64,000 bases of DNA, taken from contig CM074810.1 of assembly GCA_037447605.1 (NCBI GenBank), positions 3,258,880-3,322,879 on the forward strand, in the 5' to 3' direction. Position 1 is the stretch's first letter, and every line of letters begins with the position of its first letter. The stretch is from Zygnema circumcarinatum SAG 698-1b (Eukaryota; Plantae; Zygnematophyceae). The notes below the pieces were generated by a model. It was not told the origin of the DNA. It ran no database searches and saw only the letters and a list, made by a program, of their open reading frames with translations. The position numbers were made by a program, and so were the translations under genes. Positions 60,953-64,000 of this stretch are shown here, piece after piece.

Positions 60953-61185
60953 ATGGACGAAGTTCCGTCACTCTCGACTTCGTTTCATGGACGCCGTTCC
61001 GTCACTCTCGACCTCGACCTATGGACGCAGTTCCGTCACTCTTGACCTCGTCCCATGAGCTCAGTTGAACGCGTTTGCGGGCTGTTTGCAGTTACGCACT
61101 ACGGTAAGGAGACCGCCAGCTAATCCGTACGTGGACAATCCAACGGTCAGAGCGCCTAGAGGAGTCACGTGGACAATCCAACGGT
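60953..61185. promoter_or_regulatory. ISWI upstream region: three 34-bp direct repeats and two 18-bp repeats containing an MSA-like motif
   Basis: atggacg..gttccgtcactct.gac at 60953, 60987 and 61021; cgtggacaatccaacggt at 61130-61147 and 61168-61185. Confidence 0.6.
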
Positions 61186-61234
61186 AATACCGTCCAAAAC
61201 TGATCCTACCGTACAGCACCTCCGCGGGCTATGT

Positions 61235-62300
61235 TGCCTCTCCCTCTCCCTCGCCCTCGCCCTCCGCCCTCGCCCTCGCCTTCGCTCCCTCTCTCCCACT
61301 CCCGCTCCCGCTCCCGCTCCCGCGCCCGCGCCCGCGCCCGCTCCCGCGCCCTCTCCCTCTCCCTCTCCCTCTCCCTCTCCCTCTCCTCTCCCTCTCCCTC
61401 TCCCTCTCCCTCCCTCTCCCTCTCCTCTCCCTCTCCCTCTCCTCTCTCTCCCTCTCCTCTCCTCTCCCTCTCCCTCTCCCTCTCCCTCTCCCTCTCCTCT
61501 CCTCTCCCTCTCCCTCTCCCTCTCCCTCTCCTCTCCCTCTCCCTCTCCCTCTCCTCTCCTCTCCTCTCCTCTCCCTCTCCCTCTCCCTCTCCCTCTCCCT
61601 CTCCTCCTCTCCTCTCCTCTCCCTCTCCTCTCCCTCTCCCTCTCCCTCTCCTCTCCTCTCCTCTCCTCTCCCTCTCCTCTCCCTCTCCCTCTCCCTCTCC
61701 CTCTCCCTCTCCCTCTCCCTCTCCCTCTCCCTCTCCCTCTCCCTCTCCCTCTCCCTCTCCTCTCCTCTCCCTCTCCTCTCCCTCTCCCTCTCCCTCTCCT
61801 CTCCTGCCTCCCTCCCTCTCCTCTCCCTCTCCTCCTCCTCTCCCTCTCCTCCCCCTCCCTCCTCCCTCTCCTCTCCCTCTCCCTCTCCCTCTCCCTCTTC
61901 CTCTCCCTCCCTCCTCCTCTCCTCTCCTCTCCCTCTCCTCTCCCTCTCCTCTCCTCTCCTCTTTTCTCCTCCCTCTCCTCTCCCTCTCCTCTCTCCTCTC
62001 CCTCTCCCTCTCCTCTCCTCTCCCTCTCCCTCTCCTCTCCCTCTCCCTCTCCCTCTCCCTCTCCTCTCCCTCTCCTCCTCTCCCTCTCCCTCTCCCTCTC
62101 CTCTCCTCTCCTCTCCTCTTCCTCTCACAATGCGGCCTCGCTCCCTCTCCCTCTCCCTCTCCCTCGCCCTCGCCCTCGCTCTGGCCCTCTCCCTCGCCAT
62201 CTCCCATGTCTCCCACTCCCGCTCCCGCTCCCCCTCCCCCTCCCGCTCCCGCTCCCCCTCCCCCTCCCTCTCCCTCTCCCACTCCCGCTCCCTCTCCATT
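61235..62300. repeat. About 1 kb homopyrimidine (CTCTCC/CCTCT)n tract, intergenic
   Basis: Nearly pure C/T on the + strand. Confidence 0.95.
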
Positions 62301-63398
62301 GCAAGGCCGGCTGCAAGCCCACAGACACTGCTTTTTTGTTGAACCATTTCGTTCCACATTGAGCATTGCCAATATCATATCCAAAGCCGCTGAACCATAC
62401 AACAATTCACTGTATTGGTCTTCCAGTCTTCCTATACAACTGACATATATCTCTACACCACACAATACTTACTAACGTGCTTAGTATTAAAAAAAAATAT
62501 GCATGCTCGTTTGCCGCCATTGGCGCAAACCCTAAAAATGCAAATGGGATATGTCACTGCAAAAGATGTCAAGCAGCATGACTGTGACTCCTTCATGATG
62601 CGTGCATCTTTATCCGCACCAAGCACCTTCGGCACTTGAGCTAACCAGCGCTCCCTTTATAGTACAACTGTGCGCCGATCAAACCCTGAACCCTACAAAC
62701 CCTAAAAGACACGGTACATCGCCATGGTCTTCTTCCATGGTCTTCCGACCAGTCAGTCATCCTCTACATAGATCACACTATTGAACAACATCCTCCCTCC
62801 TTTGGGTCTCCGTTCGCTCACTGTGCTCTCCATGTACAATGTGCCCAAAGTTCCCAATGCGGACAGCTCAACTCTCTTGAAAGAGTAAGGAGGAAGCTAT
62901 TTCGCTCCACCTTTGCTCCCCTTCAGCTTCCAATGCACAAAGCTTCCGAAGGTTTTCAGCCGCTCATATGGGTCTCCCTCACTCTTGCTCAAACCCTAAT
63001 ATTTGTACACACCGCTGCACTTCGTGCCTTGCATGGTACACCGTCGTACACAGGGGAGGGGCAGCCGCTCCCATACAGCTTCTGCTTTCCCCCTCATGGC
63101 TGGAAACTCCTCACAGCCCACATCTTCAACTCATCTTCATCTTCATCTTCATCTTCAACTTCATCTTCACCTTCATCTTCATCTTCAACGGCTCCTTCCA
63201 ACCTGTTACGTGCCAGATACCGTTCATCTCCGTTTTTTCGAATGATCGTATCATGCAAGTAGCAGCAGACTGCCCAGCCTCCTTCCCTTCGCTCCATTTT
63301 CTACCCACCCCCTCCCTCCCTCCCTCCCACCTTCCCTTCCACCCACCCACCCGGCCCTCTCTTTCTCTCCCTCTCTCTCCCTCCCTCTCTCTCTCTCC

Positions 63399-63460
<62 letters not shown>

Positions 63461-63659
63461 TCACGAGCCCTGGCTCATGCGGCAGGCATTGCAGAGGAAG
63501 TGTTGCGGGACGGAGGCGGAGTCCGCGATTCCCCCGCAGCGCGTGTGCTGCCACACTTCGCACGTGTCGCAGGAGATCATGCGCTCGCCGTCGTCGTCGC
63601 GGGCCCCGCAGGGACAGTCCACCACCCAGCTCTCGTTGCCGCCTTCGTACCGCCAGTCA
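63461..63659 (-). CDS. C-terminal PHD-finger exon of an MS1/MMD1-like protein; the gene continues beyond the window
   Basis: DWRYEGGNESWVVDCPCGARDDDGERMISCDTCEVWQHTRCG...FLCNAC has C4HC3 spacing and the DDDGERM signature of the plant MS1/MMD1 PHD family. Acceptor at 63660. Confidence 0.85.
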
Positions 63660-64000
63660 CTGCTCACGTGGAAGAGGGAAGAGAGAGAGAGAGAAACAAG
63701 GAAAGAAGAGAGAGAAGAAGAAGAAGAAGGAAAGAAGAAACGAGGAAGGGAGAAGAGAGGAAAGAAGAAGGAGAAGGAGAAGAAGGAGAAGGGAGAAGGG
63801 AGAAGGGAAGAGGGAGGAGAGGGAGAGAAGGAGAAGAGGAAGAGGGAGAGAGGGAGGAGAGAGGGAGAGAAGAGGAGAGGGAGAGAAGGGGAGAGAGGGG
63901 AGAGAGAGAAGAGAGAGAGCAGGGAGGGTTTAGATTAGAGGCACAGAACGATTGAGGACAGAGAGAGCGAGAAGGAAGAGAGGGATTTAAGGCACAGCAA

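Noticed and set aside
61169-62475. About 400-aa Pro/Ser/Leu and Glu/Arg/Gly ORFs
   Set aside because: Pure CT/GA microsatellite with no coding signature.
63094-63297. Acidic EDEDE ORF as an extra exon of the PHD gene
   Set aside because: Splice phases do not match, and the PHD exon has its own stop at 63461; likely an (ATGAAG)n repeat in the 3' UTR.

Overview
Eukaryotic nuclear DNA from the green plant (streptophyte) lineage. The short GT-AG introns, plant-type gene set and microsatellite-rich introns suggest a charophyte alga or similar, but the species cannot be fixed from sequence alone. The scaffold has ten N gaps. 1-3480 holds a divergent gene pair: an unidentified spliced minus-strand gene with a 45-bp VNTR at its 5' end, and the 5' part of a TPX2-like gene with clustered MSA-like motifs. 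3581-21961 is a nested LTR-retrotransposon block: a chromovirus Ty3/gypsy, a frameshifted Ty1/copia with both LTRs, further gypsy fragments, several LTR copies and a gag-protease-only copia. 23.2-64 kb is gene-dense: EF1B beta/delta (-), organellar leucyl-tRNA synthetase (-, 20 coding exons, phases consistent, one GC-AG intron), an RHIP1 homologue (+), a partial TauE/SafE transporter (-), an ISWI remodeller (-) and the 3' end of an MS1/MMD1-type PHD gene (-). No clearly new biological system is demonstrable. The best leads are an unclassified three-copy repeat with a codon-position conservation signature, a foldback element, a telomere-like 9-mer intronic array and motif-rich promoters.
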